From assembly GCA_965153355.1 (NCBI GenBank), contig OZ231126.1, positions 7,254,001 to 7,318,000 of the forward strand: a stretch of DNA of 64,000 nt. The letters are read 5' to 3'. The position numbers and the translations under genes were made by a program. Below the pieces are notes generated by a model. That model was not told the origin of the DNA. It was given only the letters and a program-made list of their open reading frames with translations, and searched no databases. Positions within the stretch are counted from its first letter, which is position 1. Every line of letters starts with the position of its first letter. This DNA comes from Flaccisagitta enflata (Eukaryota). Below, piece after piece: positions 1 to 15,422 of the stretch.

Positions 1-683
1 ACGTGTGAGCCTCTTGCTGAAATCTTCCTAAAACTTCATCCAACTTTGCAAGCTTGTTACTCAGTTGTTTTTCAACCAATTTAGACAAAATTCATGATGA
101 AATGTAAGATTTTTTTGTGTTCTTTAAAATGGCGCCAAGCGTAATCTTCTATCTTTTTTCGTTCAGAAATGACATTCTTACAAAGTTAGGGGTGAAATTG
201 AAGTAATTCTTTAAGTTTGTTAAAACTTCATCCAACTTTACAAGCTTGTTACTCAGTTGTTTTTCAACCGATTTAGACGAAATTCATGATGAAATGAAAG
301 ATTTTTTTGTGTTCTTTAAATTGGCGCCAAGCGCAATCGTCTATCTATTTTCGTTAAGAAGAAGTGTGCTTACAAAGATAGAGGGGTATTTCAACTTTTA
401 CACTTGTGAGATGATGATCTTTTGTGAGCAAAATCTGATATGCGCGACCTTGAAATTGCGTCCTAACTCCCTTCCTCGGCCCCGGGGACTTCAATTCATA
501 TGTTTAGAAAGAAAAACACTCCTGGATGGAGTAGCCAAATGGATATTTTCGGTATACCTGACCTCAGTAGTTAATCGGATATTATATGCAAATATGCATA
601 GTGACAAAAGTGACCTAGTAGATATCTAACACTAGTAATAGGATGCCTAAAAGTACGAAAATTTTGTCAAAATATGCTTAGTA

Positions 684-1285
684 CTGGGTGTTTAATCTCG
701 ACTGGGAAAAAGTATTAAGCTTTTATTCTCAGATGCTTCTTCTTAATGACTTGGAATTAATTTTTTTATGTAGTACTATGTCTGACGTTTTTTGTGTCAA
801 AATTTCATTGGTCTGTGTCAAATATTTTGTCCACAACATCAATTTGAAGTAAAAGAAGTATTTGTGGCTGAAGCTCAATTTATCCCTTATTCATCAAAAT
901 CATTTTTCTCATATTTTCTCTCATTTTTGATCGGTTTGAGCTACAAATGTCAAAATAGTCTTGAAATAAAGATGTATTATAAAGTTTGTTGAAAATATCT
1001 TCAACCAAGACCAATCTGACATTCATTGCTCAATTCAATGAAAAATAAGAGCAAACCAAAGAAAAACAATTTTGGTGAATTAAGGCTAATTTGAGCTTTA
1101 TCTGAAAATGCTTCTTTTACTTAAAATCGATGTTGTGGACAAAATATTTGACACAGACCAATGAAATTTTGACACAAAAAACGTCAAACATAGTTCTACA
1201 TAGAAAAATTAATTCCAGGTCATTGAGAAGAAGCATCTGAGAGTAAAAGCTAAATACTTTTTCTCAGTCGAGATTGAGCACCCGG
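684..1285. mobile_element. Non-autonomous Tc1/mariner-type MITE with long (~200 bp) terminal inverted repeats
   Basis: TA|CTGGGTG...CACCCGG|TA ends; 690-890 is the reverse complement of about 1075-1280 (e.g. tgtgtcaaatattttgtccacaacatc / gatgttgtggacaaaatatttgacaca). Confidence 0.75.
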
Positions 1286-1919
1286 TAAAGCAGATCTAGA
1301 AGTATATGTTCAATGAAATATTACCAGGTTCATTGTTTTTAGAAATAAGTCAATGATTATTAATCAGAAACTTGGTCCAAAAAATCTTATCATGGCGGCA
1401 AACTTCCTTCTGAAGCTGTTTAGCTGTGCAGTAATTTTCATGCTTATGATATACCATCAAAACATGCGATTGGTACAAGGGGAGCGCACAAGAGAAAGTA
1501 TTTTTTGAAAACAGCCTCATAAGCAGGGATCTTAGTGGCAGAAACTAAAGTGTAGGGTAAAAATTGCTAAAAAGCTCAGGAACTTCACTATTCTGACATA
1601 TTTTTTCATGCTGAACACAAATCTGATCTTTATTTTAGAGTATTTTTTGGGCACCCCTTTCAAAAATCCATTTTTTGGTCATTTTTTATGGGGGGGGGGA
1701 AATGCACTTTTTGGCTATTTGGAGTACACTGCTATCACCCAGTTGCGTTTTTCAGTTAAACTTAACAAGAACAGGAGTGAATACACAGTTTACAAGAGTT
1801 TGGCGGCCATACGGGGACTGTAAATGGCCAAAAACAGTCCCAAAATAGCCCCAAAAAAGCCAAAAACCGCATTTTTCTGAAACAAGGCCAACACCTATAA
1901 GTTGCGTGCAAAACTTACA

Positions 1920-2150
1920 GACTAAGAATGACTAAGAATGACTTTCAATGACTTAGAATGACTTTCAATGACTTAGAATGACCTAAAATGACCAAAAAGG
2001 ACCTGAAATGACTAAAAAACCTAGTGACCATGAGAGACCAAATGAGTCCAAAAATGACTTAAGATAACTTAAAATGACTTTGAATGACCCAAAATGACCA
2101 AAATGACTTAGAATAACTATTAATGACTTAAAATGACTTAAAATGACCTA
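1920..2150. repeat. Degenerate ~10-bp tandem repeat (AAATGACTTA-like)
   Basis: Repeated aatgact/aatgacc units read directly. Confidence 0.8.
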
Positions 2151-2702
2151 AGAGTTGATGTTATATCACAAAAAAGTAAAGTGTGACGGATGGACGGACG
2201 GACCGATGGACGGACGGACCGACGGACGGACGGACCGACAAAGCGGGATGTAGAGTCGCGTGCACGCGACTAAAAATAAGTGTTTTTAAAAAATATCTTG
2301 TCAATCTCTCTCAATTAGATCAGAATTAGGACAATATACTCAAAGAGATGACGGGGCCATAACAGGCCAAAGACAAGCCAAAAATAGCCTAAAGTGGCTA
2401 TAATTGATGTTTTCATCTGATAGATCATTGTACAAATGGACTAGAAAGCTGTTACATGAAAATTCAAATACTCAGTTACTAATGGATGACTGAACATATC
2501 AAATGGGACATGCGACTAAAGACGGGAAAAAATGTCAAATTTCATTGTTTCCTCACATTGAAAAAAAACTTGAAACCTGGCGGTTTTAGTCATTCCAGAT
2601 GTAATAAAAACTTTTGTCAAAATGAGAGAGAGAGAGAGAGAGACTGACCAACCGACCGACCAACAAACCAACAAACCAACTAAGCAGGGTGTAGAGACGC
2701 AT

Positions 2703-4371
2703 CACCCATCCCTAGATACCCTCCTAAAGAAAATCGAAATACCCATTACTTCTGACCATGTGTTTTCACTCAAGTAACATGTGGGCTACTCAAAAAAATA
2801 AAAAACAAAAAATTTTGCTTGAAATTTTTTGATTTATTGCAGTTTTTAAGCAAAAAAACACTATTTTTTGCATTTTTTTTATTTTTAAGAAAAAGAAAAT
2901 ATCAGTAAAATTACTGTTCGCTTTGGTTATGGTAGGTTCAGGTAAAATACACTAGCTGGTATGCATAGCAACTCATTTGAAGTGTGTTTGGTTCAGTAAC
3001 AGCACAAAAAACACTAAAAAAGAGCAAAAGAAGCATTTCTTTGCACTTTTTGGACATGATATCGTTTATACAGCAATGAAAATCTAAGAAAATACTGGAA
3101 ATGTAAGGCAATAGCTAGAATATACATGTTTTAACCCTTTGCAAAAAGTTTTTTGGGATATCTTAAAGATAAGAGCATAAATACAGCAAAAAAAGGCAAA
3201 ATATCATTTTTTCCAGTATTTTTAAGTCCTAATTCATTCCTGCAGTATAACAACTCCTGGAAATGTATAGTAGTAGTGTGAGTATAACTATGTTCACCCT
3301 GAACAACTCGTCATTGACAATACTTTCATGTTTGGAGCCTTAAAATAGCTTTTAGATAGCGAAATATTATTTTTTTAAGCATTTTCAAGTTTAAAAAATT
3401 GCTCATACAGCTTCATATATCAAAAAAATTTTGCTATGGAGAGTAAAAATGATTATATTCATGCTAACACTAGACATTTCCATTTCAAGAGCAATTCTGT
3501 GCTTAAAAATGTTTAAAAAAACAATATTTTGTTATTTTTAAGCTATTTCAAAGCTCCAAACACAAAAGTTTTGTGAATGGGTTCAGGGTGAAAATAGTTA
3601 TACAAAGACTACTACTACACATTTCCAGGTTTTTTTAGGAGTTGTTATACTGCATGAACAAATTAATGCTTGAAGATATTGAAAAAAAAACAATATTTTG
3701 TTTTTTTTCTGCTTCTTTATGCTCATATCTTTAAGATATCCAAAAAAACTTTTTGTTAAAGGTAGAAATATGTATATTTTAGCTATTCCCACACATTTCT
3801 ATGTTTTTTCAGGATTTTTTATGCTGCATAAATGAATAAGGACTTAAAAATACTGAAAAAAATGATATTTTGCCATTTTTTTTTGTTAAATTTACGCTCT
3901 TATCTGTAAGATATCAAAAAAACTTTTCGTTAAGGGTTAAAACATGTATATTCTAGCTTTTTTTATACATTTCTGGTTTTTTTTGGGGGGTTTTCAAAGC
4001 TGTATGAACAATGCTATGCCCAAAAAGTGCAAAAAAAAAATTTTTTTTTTTTTACTTTGTGATTTTTGTGCTGTTACTGAACCCAAAAACTCTTCAAACT
4101 AGTTGCTATGCATACGAGCTAGTGTGTTTTACCTAAACCTACCATAATCATGGCTAACAATGGCTTAACTAACATTTCCTATCGCCTTAGAATAAAAAAA
4201 TGCAAAAAAAAAAGTTTTTTCACTAAAAAACTGCAATAAATCAAAAAATTTCAAGCGAAATTTTTTGTTTTTTTATTTTTTTGAGTAGCCCACATGTTAC
4301 TTAAGTGAAAATACATGGTTAGAAAAAATGGGTATTTCGATTTTCTTTAGGAGGGTATCTAGGCATGGGTG
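2703..4371. mobile_element. Foldback DNA transposon with CAC...GTG ends and a 4-bp TSD (Chapaev/CMC-like), non-autonomous
   Basis: CACCCATCCCTAGATACCCTCC... / ...GGAGGGTATCTAGGCATGGGTG; GCAT duplicated at 2699-2702 and 4372-4375; inverted similarity extends for several hundred bp; splits a HINE-type repeat. Confidence 0.75.
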
Positions 4372-5953
4372 GCATAGCAACCAACTAAAAATTCTGAAAA
4401 ACAATGAAGTATGTTTGACCTGAATGGATAGAGTGAGATAAGCAATAAAATTCTGATTAGCAATGGTCTTTTTTATGAAAATGCATATTTAGGCTATTTT
4501 AGCCCATTTTTGGCCCGTTTTTGGGCATGATAGGACCCCAGTATCAGTTTTCACAGCTCTCAATGAGTATATTTGACCTAATTGTAACTGGGTTTAGTGA
4601 GATTGGCTAAAAACTTTTGAATAACAATAATCTGGGTGATGAAAATGCAAAATTAGGCCATTTTTGCCAATTTATAACCTGTTTTTGGCCTGTTACGACC
4701 CCAGCATGAGTGTCCAGAGCTCTCAATGAGTATTTTTGTATTAGTTCTAACTAGATTGAGTGAGATTTACAAAAAACATTTGAAAGAGCTTTGATATTCT
4801 AGATGAATATGTCAATTTTGGCCATTTTAAGCCATTTTTGGTCTGTTTTTGGCCTGTTATGGCCCCGGTCTCAGTTTCCAAATCTCTCAATGAGTATATT
4901 GGACCCAGTTCTGGCTTTGGGGGTGGTTGGGAGGCTTCTGGGTGAAAATTGAGCAATTGCCACGGTGGCACTATTTCGATCCACCAAAGGTGTCCACCGC
5001 TATTGCAAGTGCGAAAATTGATTGAACCATGTATGCTGTAGGGGGGGGGCATGTAACACTTAGGGTCCCTCCTCCAATCTTATTAAGATCCCAACTGTAT
5101 ACAAGGCCAGATAAAGACTCACGGCTTCCCAAGGCGCGTGCGGGTAAGCAGGGGTAGTGATAAAAAAACGCCTGGTAAAGTTATACGAACAGACCGACGC
5201 GACGGACTGTCCAACCAAGCGTCTGACAGATATAGTGGGTTAAATGTAGTCGTGAGCATGGGACTAAGAATATCTACAAACAGTACACAGAATCGATTGA
5301 TTTAACAGAGGCTAAAAAACTAGCATCGATAACATGTATAACTTGATTTGCATAATGTAGTTTTGAGAATACCGATTTTTTTCAAATGGCAGAAACTCGA
5401 AAAACTTTTAATTGGGATAGGCACTTATGATAATTTAATTGTTTTTGCAAAGTACAGATGGTAAAAGAAGCACCTTTTTGGGTAAAAGGAAATCGATATC
5501 GTTGGTAATGTTTTAAGGCCTTTGAATGAAAAGATTACTACGTGTCAAATCATATTTCCTAAAAGTCCTTATGTCGATGGAATGTCGTGTAACGCTCGAC
5601 GGTTTTAGCGATAGATAGTCTAACGCTTGACACTCGCTTGATGCTGCAGTTCTTGAAGCAGACTGGAGTGGTCTTGCATGCCGCATTCAAGCCTCAATGG
5701 AGCATGAGTATCTCACGAGGCCATGAGGAAAAATGCGACGTATTCTGCATTTTAAACTTTTAGTGTTTTACTGCATTGAGTTACAAAACATATTTCAAAA
5801 AAACATGAATGAATGAACACAGGGGAAGTAATTGCAAGTTTAAGGTAACAATGTTTCACTTTAATTTCAAAAGCGCCTGGGGCGCTAATTACAGTAAAGA
5901 TGGTAAGAGAATTTTGTAAAAATAGTTTAACACATGCGAATCTTGATTCTCAG

Positions 5954-6997
5954 GACGTCTTTTACTCGCTCAAAATGGTCGGTATCGAATACAACAAACG
6001 CTGTAGAAGTGGAAGCGGAAGCAACCCCAACGCTTTCGTCGACGTGAAGATCTTGACTCGACTCCAACTCTACCGTCACGAAATGTTCCACTTTGTCCGC
6101 GTGCTGCAGGGTTTCGTCGCCAATTCGGCCCTCTACAACTGCTGGGAGGACTTTTGCGGCAATTTGCGGCAGCGACGATCGAACAAGAAGCGCGTATCTA
6201 CCTTGGAGGACTTGCGGCAGCAGCACGAAGCGTTTCTGACGGAGGCGCTGCAGAAATGTTTGTTGACGAGCCGTTCCGAGGCGTTGATGAGCAAGATTCA
6301 AAGCATCTTCCAGGCCATCTTGAGGCTGAGAAGTCTGCTGAATTCCGCAGAATTCGTCGTCGTGGAAGCCAAAAGAAGAAGACGAGGAAGAGGAGAGGGA
6401 GGAGAAGGAAGAAGACGAGGAGATGAAGATGATGAAGAAAGTGGAGAAGTAACGGAGGATGAAAAAAACAAAGACGACGACGAACGGAAAGAGAAATCCC
6501 CCGCGGAGGATCATCATCAATTTCATCCTCATCGAGCGCTTCGTCGACAGGGGCATCTGCAGCATCCCTCCACCGCAGCAGCAGCTGCATTCACCACAAC
6601 TGCAGCGTCACAGGGACTGCCTATCGCTCAAGAATCGTACGAAACAGAGAGCAGCTTCGATTTTTCCTTCGACGAACTGGAAGGATCGGCTTTATCGCAA
6701 TACAGACCGACCAATCAGCTTACTGGAGATGGGAATCGAGGAGGGGGGGGAGGAGGAGGAGTAACCACCTCTGCGACACCTCAAGCCGATGAGGAGACAG
6801 TTGGCATGCAAAGATTAAAACTTGCTCATAGGTACCAAAGGAAAATGAAAGCCACATATCTCAGTTTTGCTAGAAATGCCAATTCTGTGTTTAAAAGCAA
6901 AACATTTACTCATCTTACTCGAACAGGCCAATGGGCCATTTCTTACAATCTCTCCGATTCTAGTCGTCATTCCTCCAGTATTGAAAATCTCATTTAG
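5954..6997 (+). CDS. TUBGCP6: Late exon of gamma-tubulin complex component 6 (GRIP2 region); 3' end uncertain (possible donor at 6897, or read-through to stop at 6995-6997)
   Basis: Acceptor gattctcag|GAC in phase 0; DVFYSLK...RLQLYRHEMFHFVRVLQGFVANSAL..CWEDF...LEDLRQQHEAFL..AL..CLLT.....LM..IQSIF..IL.LRS.L matches the remembered GCP6 motif RQLQLFKHEMQHFVKVIQGYIANQIL; no earlier exons recognised in the window. Confidence 0.85.
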   Translation, partial: DVFYSLKMVGIEYNKRCRSGSGSNPNAFVDVKILTRLQLYRHEMFHFVRVLQGFVANSALYNCWEDFCGNLRQRRSNKKRVSTLEDLRQQHEAFLTEALQKCLLTSRSEALMSKIQSIFQAILRLRSLLNSAEFVVVEAKRRRRGRGEGGEGRRRGDEDDEESGEVTEDEKNKDDDERKEKSPAEDHHQFHPHRALRRQGHLQHPSTAAAAAFTTTAASQGLPIAQESYETESSFDFSFDELEGSALSQYRPTNQLTGDGNRGGGGGGGVTTSATPQADEETVGMQRLKLAHRYQRKMKATYLSFARNANSVFKSKTFTHLTRTGQWAISYNLSDSSRHSSSIENLI

Positions 6998-7170
6998 ACT
7001 TATTCTGATTTTTGGCCATTTCTCACAATCTCTCCGATTCTAGTCGTCATTCGTCCAGCATTGAAAATCTCATTTGAACATATTCTGATTTTACGCCATT
7101 TCTCACAATCTCTTCGATTCTAGTCATTCACTCCTCCACCATTGAAAATCTCATTTGAACTTGTTTCTGA
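6935..7170. repeat. ~80-bp tandem repeat, 3 copies
   Basis: gccattt..acaatctctccgattctagtc...attgaaaatctcattt recurs near 6935, 7015 and 7095. Confidence 0.85.
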
Positions 7171-7276
7171 TTGAATGTATTCGTTTTACTCCTCATAGTC
7201 ATATGTCATTATTGATTATTCAAATGTATTCACTCTTTTTTTATAAGAACATTATTTTTTTCTTCGAAGGCACTCT

Positions 7277-7869
7277 CACAGCCCTCTCACAGCAAGATCA
7301 GGTGAAAAGTAACATTACTGTAGGTTTTTTCATTGTTTTGTATAGAATCTGAGCTCTATTTACTGGAACTAATGATGATAAAATCTTGTCAAGAGCGCTT
7401 TTTGAGATTTTCATAAAAATTGATGGTTTATAGCCTTCTTTTTTTTGTAGATTCAAGTGGGTTTTTCAGAAATACTTTTTGTCAGCAAATTTGTATTTCT
7501 GGTGAAATTTCCATTCATTTGATAGGTCGCAACATATACTTTTACATAAAAATAAGATTTTCAGTTTTTAAGCCACCGTTGCAAAATCGTAACGGTGGCT
7601 TAAAAATGGAAAATTGCAGTTTTGGATAAAATTGTATAGTGCGACCTATCAAATGAATGGTAATTTCATCAGGAATTCAAATATGCTGTCAAAAAAGATT
7701 TTCAAAGTACCCAGTAGAACCATCAATTTTTATGAAAATCTTAAAAAGCGCTCTTGACAAGATTTTATCTTCAGTTGTTCCAGTAAATGGAGCTCAGATT
7801 CTATACAAAACAATGAAAAAACCTACAGTAATGTTACTTTTCTCCGGATCTTGCTGTGAGAGGGCTGTG
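7277..7869. mobile_element. Near-fully palindromic 593-bp MITE (CACAGCCCTCTCACAGCAAGATC...GATCTTGCTGTGAGAGGGCTGTG)
   Basis: Arms are complementary up to the central ttaagccaccgtt-10 nt-aacggtggcttaa; no clear TSD. Confidence 0.8.
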
Positions 7870-7876
7870 TTATCTT

Positions 7877-9724
<1,848 letters not shown>

Positions 9725-10338
9725 GTTATCTTTTTATTTTTGAGGTAAAATGAGACCTTCAACGTTCTTTGAGTGTTTTTAGATGCGTCATCGCATCTCT
9801 ATAAGAGGGTCTGTCCGTCCGTCCGTCCGTCCGTCCGTCCGTCGGTCCGTCCGTCCGTCCGTCGGTCCGTTACGCCTCTTCTAATATCACGCAGATGACG
9901 CATCTAGTTGCCCGATCGGGCTTGTTAATTTTGAATACTATATAAACTATAAGAAACAGTATATAATATCATAACTCAATTATACTAAATATATTTCAAT
10001 TAGATAATGTTAAAAGAAAATAATCATTAAAGTTAAGGGATATTTTCATGATATTTGGTTAAGAATTATAAAATATCGTATTAATCATACTAAAATTCAA
10101 GTTTTTTTCATTATTCTTGAGATATTATTATAAGCAAATTTTTTTTTTCTCAACACTTAAGGTTTTGTATGCTCTTAATTTTAAGGCAATTCAAAGCCTA
10201 TTATTATAAACTGGGTTCTTATAAAAAAAAGAGTGTAGCCGCTTTCAACTCCTTTGCCACTGCCACTTTCTGCGTCACTATGACATCAGTTATGAATCCT
10301 TCAATTACATCAACTGTTATTGACCAACATTCCTTTAG

Positions 10339-10562
10339 TTGAAAGGAAATTGATTGTTGATCTGATATCGGTGGATTTCTTTCATTACCGATCAAATAAG
10401 TTGAAAAGAAATGACATAATGGGACAGGCGTTACAGTGTGGTGTGAATAAACCCAGTATTTCCAGTATCATTTGCCTATTCTTGATCAACCATGTCTTTA
10501 AAAGATTACCATTTTCAGAAAAATTATTTCTTTTAGAAAAAATTGTGCTCCTCGTTTCCTGA
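10339..10562 (+). CDS. Candidate terminal exon of GCP6 (speculative)
   Basis: Acceptor cattcctttag|TT in phase 1; (I)ERKLIVDLISVDFFHY loosely resembles the GCP terminal motif; needs a GC donor at 6897. Confidence 0.25.
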
Positions 10563-11082
10563 GTAAACAAACGAACAAACGAATGCATTTCGTAGGTAAT
10601 GAATAAATGGGACGCTCATTTTACATGCTCCGTAAGCATGCCAGACCAATAGACGGACAGACAAACATAGCCTCTTAAACTGTGAAAACCCTGTGATTGC
10701 TTTGACCATGACCGATGTAGCCGATTTTATTTTGCGTATGGATTTGGTCATTCTTATAGTTGTATATCTTCAATCCTCATCTGATGTTCTCACATTAGAA
10801 CTAGTCGAAATTACAACATCCGAATTTGATACTGCCATCACTTTATTTAGAGTTCCCAACTCGATTCCACATTTCAACGGCATAGCTTAGTACCTTACCA
10901 CTTGTGAGAGCAAGCTTGCAGCATTGAATTACGTTAGTCACACGTCTTGTTGAAAACATGGGCATTGGAACACGTTTTCAGATAGATAACATATACATAG
11001 AAGCAGGGATAGCGAGCTTTTCGCTAAAAGATTTGTGATTTGAGCAGGGTGACCGATTTTACCCCATATTACTACAGATTGA

Positions 11083-11282
11083 TTTTTAGTCGCGTGCTAC
11101 GCGACTCTACACCCCGCTATGTCGGTCCGTTGGTCGGTCGGTCGGTTGGTCCCTTTTTTACTCTTTCGGTCTTTTTGAGCTTTTTCAGTATACGGCTCCT
11201 GCCCAGATGCCCAAGTGACCTTCTTCAGCACTGCTCCTGCCCACCCGCACGCGACTAGGGTAGCCGTGTATCCGGCCTTGTT
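11083..11282 (+). mobile_element. Helentron-associated/DINE-1-like interspersed element (representative of many copies, e.g. 8158-8322, 9777-9926, 11564-11771, 29169-29335, 30803-31172, 40146-40368, 43563-43715, 44012-44230, 46961-47190)
   Basis: T-run|AGTCGCGTGC(T)ACGCGACT hairpin, (GGTC/GTCC)n microsatellite, CCTGCCCACCCGCACGCGACT, GCCGTGTATCCGGCCTTG|TT; inserts in T-rich sites without a TSD. Confidence 0.7.
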
Positions 11283-11444
11283 TAGCTAGCTATACATTAT
11301 AACTGAAGAAGTCACTGTCCACGTTTGACCACCCATCCGTAGTATGTAAGCGAAGGGTTATGATTTCCCCACTCCATTTGGTCTCCATGGCAACCAAAAG
11401 TTGTTTTCATTACTAACGACGCCCTTAATCTTCGTTTATAGATA

Positions 11445-11985
11445 CCGTATTTCTTGCATTTATCGCCCCCCCTCTAATTAGCGCCCCCCCTTTTTCAGGA
11501 AATGATGAGCTAATGATGAGAGTGTTTTTTTTTTAAGTCTTAGAAATTTGATTGGATATAAGATTTTTAGTCGCATGCACGCGACTCTACAACCCGCTTT
11601 GTCCGTCGGTCGGTCGGTCGGTTGGTTGGTCGGTTGGTTGGTCACACTTTACTTTTTTTTATGATTTTATTTCTTTGACCTCACTGCTCCTGCCCAAATG
11701 GTCAGGTGACCTCAAATATGGCTCCTGCCCACCCGCACGCGACTTTGGTAGCCGTGTATCCGGCCTTGTTTTTGGCAAAAACCATATAAAAATGAGATTC
11801 AATACAACAAAATATTCTCTTTTTATTGATTTGCGGATTCAAATTATAAGAAAATTGTTGAAAAGTGTAAATTGAAGTGTATCATTAATATATTAGTGAA
11901 AAGGGGGTGCTAATTGCAGGTTTAAAACAGCAATGTTTCATTTCAATTTCAAAAGCGCCCGGGGCGCTAATTACAAGAAATACGG
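11445..11985. mobile_element. Tc1/mariner (pogo/Tigger-like) MITE; a right-end fragment also lies at about 5820-5904
   Basis: TA|CCGTATTTCTTG...CAAGAAATACGG|TA; contains a nested HINE copy. Confidence 0.75.
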
Positions 11986-14868
11986 TAATAGTGCATTTTG
12001 CATCCACGCATACACTCTTTTCAGTTTTTAAGGACCAGTTAATTTTTTCTGAGCCTGGATTGTCCTTAAATTTTTGCAAATTTCAGGCTGAAAGGTTCTT
12101 AGCATGTCCTTAATATTTTCCTATAATTTTCTTACAATCTTCTTGTACTCATTTAAATTACTTGTGTTCAGTATGAGTAAATACAAGTCAAATATGGTAG
12201 TTATTACTTTGAAGCAAAGAAAATATGTCATAAGACAAAAAATGTTGCATTTTATATAGATATGATAATTTCCTCTTACATTTGCGTAAAAACAACTTAA
12301 ATTGTTAATCAAAAATTTTTTTTTATAAATCTGAGGCATGGCCTTGTCCAAAATTTTTTTTTAATTTTTGGCAAAATTTCAGCCTCGATGTCCTTATAAA
12401 CTTTGTCCTTACTCAATAAAAAGAGTGTAATGGCAGCCCAAAGGCAGTAAGTGGTCAGCGGTACCCGTACCCTGCTTAAGTGGTAAGTGATTCAGGTTGA
12501 AGAGGAGCAGGGCAGCGGCCCCAAAGGGGATGAAGTCCTGTGGAACACAAGTGAAATCTGTCCGTCCATCCATCCGTCCATCCTTCTCTCTGCCTTACAT
12601 CTGTCCAAGATGCCCTGCTATTCAAACTCTCATTTTATAACTAGGAGAAACAAGTCATCCAAGGATCGCTCATGGTCAGTGGTACCCAATGCCCTGCTTG
12701 AAGTGATTAGCTGAAGAATTGGAGTGAGAGCAGGGCAGCGGCCCCAAAGGGTAAATTTCCAGACGTCCAGAGAGGGCATATTTGAGGTCTTGGTAGCAAC
12801 TTTCCATGGTATGCAATAGGAATTTTGCATTTTTTTCAATTTCTTGTCAATTTACCATGTTGTTCAATGGGAATTTTACATTTTTCTCAATTTTCATTAA
12901 TTTTCTATGCTATTCAATGTGAATCATGATATTTTTTACTTTTTTGTAAATTTTCTATGTTATTCAATGGGAAGTTTGTATTTTGTCAATTTCTCATGTT
13001 ATTCAATGGGAATTTGACGCTTGAGAAGCTTTTGGGGGGACGTACGTACATACGGACATATGGAAATTTACCTCTGTGTCTTACATGACATCAGCCCTTT
13101 GAGGCCCCTGCCTAATGACAAAAGGCAGTATATAGACAATGGTACCTCTGTTTGTATGTTGAGGGGGGAGCAGGCCAGAATCCGGGTCTCTGAGGTCAGA
13201 ATCTGGGTCTCAGAGACCAATTTCTTGGTCTCAGAGGCCAAGGTTTGAGTCTCTGAGGCCAGGATTGGGTCTATGAGGCCTGGATTTGGGTCTTTAAAGC
13301 CATATCCTAGATCTAGGAGGCTAGAATCTGGGTCAAAGAGATCAAGATCTGGGTCTCTGAGGTTAGGATGTGGGTTTTAGAAGCCAGAATCTGGGTATCA
13401 GAAACCAGAATCTAGGTCTAAGCCTAAGGGGTCAAAATGATACAACTTAGACCAGAATTCAGGTTTTCTAGACATTTTTGGGCCATTTTGCTTGGATTTG
13501 GGCCATTTTGCTTGGATTTGGGCCATATTGTTTGGATTTGGGCCATTATGCTTGGATTTGGGCCATACTGTTTGAATTTGGGCCCCAAAGGAGACGACGC
13601 CCTGAGGATGCACACTCTGTGCTTTTTTTTGCTCAAAATTCCAAATTGTTAAAAATAGTATTAAAAATGAGAAACTAATCTGTTTTTTTCAATCAGGATA
13701 CTATCTGGGACCAAAAAAATAGAAACCCAAAATTTGGGCGACCCAGCATATCGGGAACCACCCAAACCACCAAAACCACCCAAAATGAGGAGGAGGGGGA
13801 AAAAGAGCAAAAAACTGACTTTCTCCAATGCTGCTGAAATTTTCAGGGTAGTTAGAGGACACCTAGGGCTGTCTAAAACTAATTTTGTTTTGGCTAGAAA
13901 GTGAATTTTTGCGGAGTTATACTTCGTCAAAAGTATGTAAATAACAAAGAAATAACTACGTGAAACCCCTCTAGGAGGTCAATTTTTTGTATTTTCAGAG
14001 GTCAGGCCACCCCCTTGCCCCCCTTTTTCTTTTTAGGCATTCATTCTTTAGGTAGTTAGGAAGCCCCACAAAAAAAATTGGGACGGATACTCGACGATAC
14101 TTTTTTTTACGGCCATTTTTAACGAAATATAGAGCTTCATTTTATTTCGCCAATGAAGTAAAATTCTCTCTTAGCTGCTCAAATAACTAGATTAGCTTTC
14201 ATTACAATAACATGAAACCCCTTGATGAATAGCAACACTACATAAATTTTGTATCAAATATCTTGTTGTGGTGGAGGTAGAGGAGGAGGAGGAGGAGGAG
14301 GAGGAGGAGGAGGAGGAGGAGGAGGAGGAGGAGGATGACAATGTCTAAGATGTTTTTTGTTCAAGTAAATCAGGAAAAAAGAGAGCAAAACAAATGTTGG
14401 GTTCATAAATAAGAGGAGAAGAGGAAGAAGAAGGAGAACCAAAGAAGAAGAAGAAGAAGAAGAAGAAGAAAGAGGAGCAGCAACATGCAGTATGTAAAGC
14501 AGAGTAGCATAAATTGGCACATGGTCTAAATGCTGTTTTCATTAAAAATAGACGAGGGAATAAGAGGATGAGGGAAGGAATAGAAGAAGAATGAGAAAGG
14601 AAGAAGTAGAGGGAAGAAGAAGAAGATGTGTACAAAAACAAACAAGGGAAAAAAGAGGTGGAAATTGAAAAACATAGGGTATCAAAAAGAGGGAATAGTA
14701 AGAAAAGAAGAAGAAGAAGAAGGAGGAGAGGGAGAAGAGGAAGAAGGGGAAGGAGAGGAAGAAGAGAGAAATCAGAAGAAGAAGAAGAGGGAAGAAGAAG
14801 AAGAAGAAGAAGAAGAAGAAGAAGAAGAGGGAAGAAAAAGGGGAAGAAGAAGAAGAAGAAAAGGGAAA

Positions 14869-15422
14869 AACTAGTCATCCAAGGATCGCACATGGTCAGC
14901 GGTACCCGATGCCCTGCTGGGAGTGATCCAGTGAAAAAGTGGAGTGAGAGCAGGGCAGCGGCCCCAAAGGGCCGATGTCCTGTAGAACACAGGGGGAAAT
15001 TTCCATACGTCCTGAGGGGGCATATTTCAGGCCTTAGATGACTGATTTAGACCGCTGAAGGCATATTTGAAGGCTGGAGGGCAGAATCAAGGCTTGGAGA
15101 GCCGATTTGAGTTTTGGAGGGCAAATTTAAGCCATGGAGGGCTGATTTTATGCTTGGAGGGCTAATTGAAGGTCTGGAAGGCAGATTTGAGGTCTGGAGG
15201 ACAGATTTGAGGTGGGGGGGCTGATTTGAAGCCTGGAAAGCTGATTTGAGGCCTGGAGGGCTGAATTGAGGGCTGGGAGGGCAATTTGAGGGCTGGGAGG
15301 GCAAATTTGAGGGCTGGGAGAGCAAATTTGAGGCCAACGGGGGGGGGGGGGACGGACGGACGTATGGAAATTCCCCCCTGTGTTCTACAGGACATCGGCC
15401 CTTTGGGGCCGCTGCCCAAAAA
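14869..15422 (-). mobile_element. Second Helentron-like family with asymmetric inverted repeats and internal 20-21-bp minisatellites (also about 12430-13110, 18832-19565, 33477-34006, 37224-38095)
   Basis: GGGCAGCGGCCCC(A/G)AAGGG(G)CCGATG ... CATCGGCCC.TT.GGGGCCGCTGCCC pair, one copy terminal and one subterminal; GGTCAGCGGTACCCG segment near the other end; A/T-run flanks. Confidence 0.7.

Noticed and set aside
28-380. 127-aa ORF at 246-629
   Set aside because: It overlaps a ~195-bp tandem duplication of repeat-like DNA and has no recognisable domain
5900-5953. ATG start of the 365-aa ORF
   Set aside because: The ATG lies in a MITE end; homology begins after the AG acceptor at 5953
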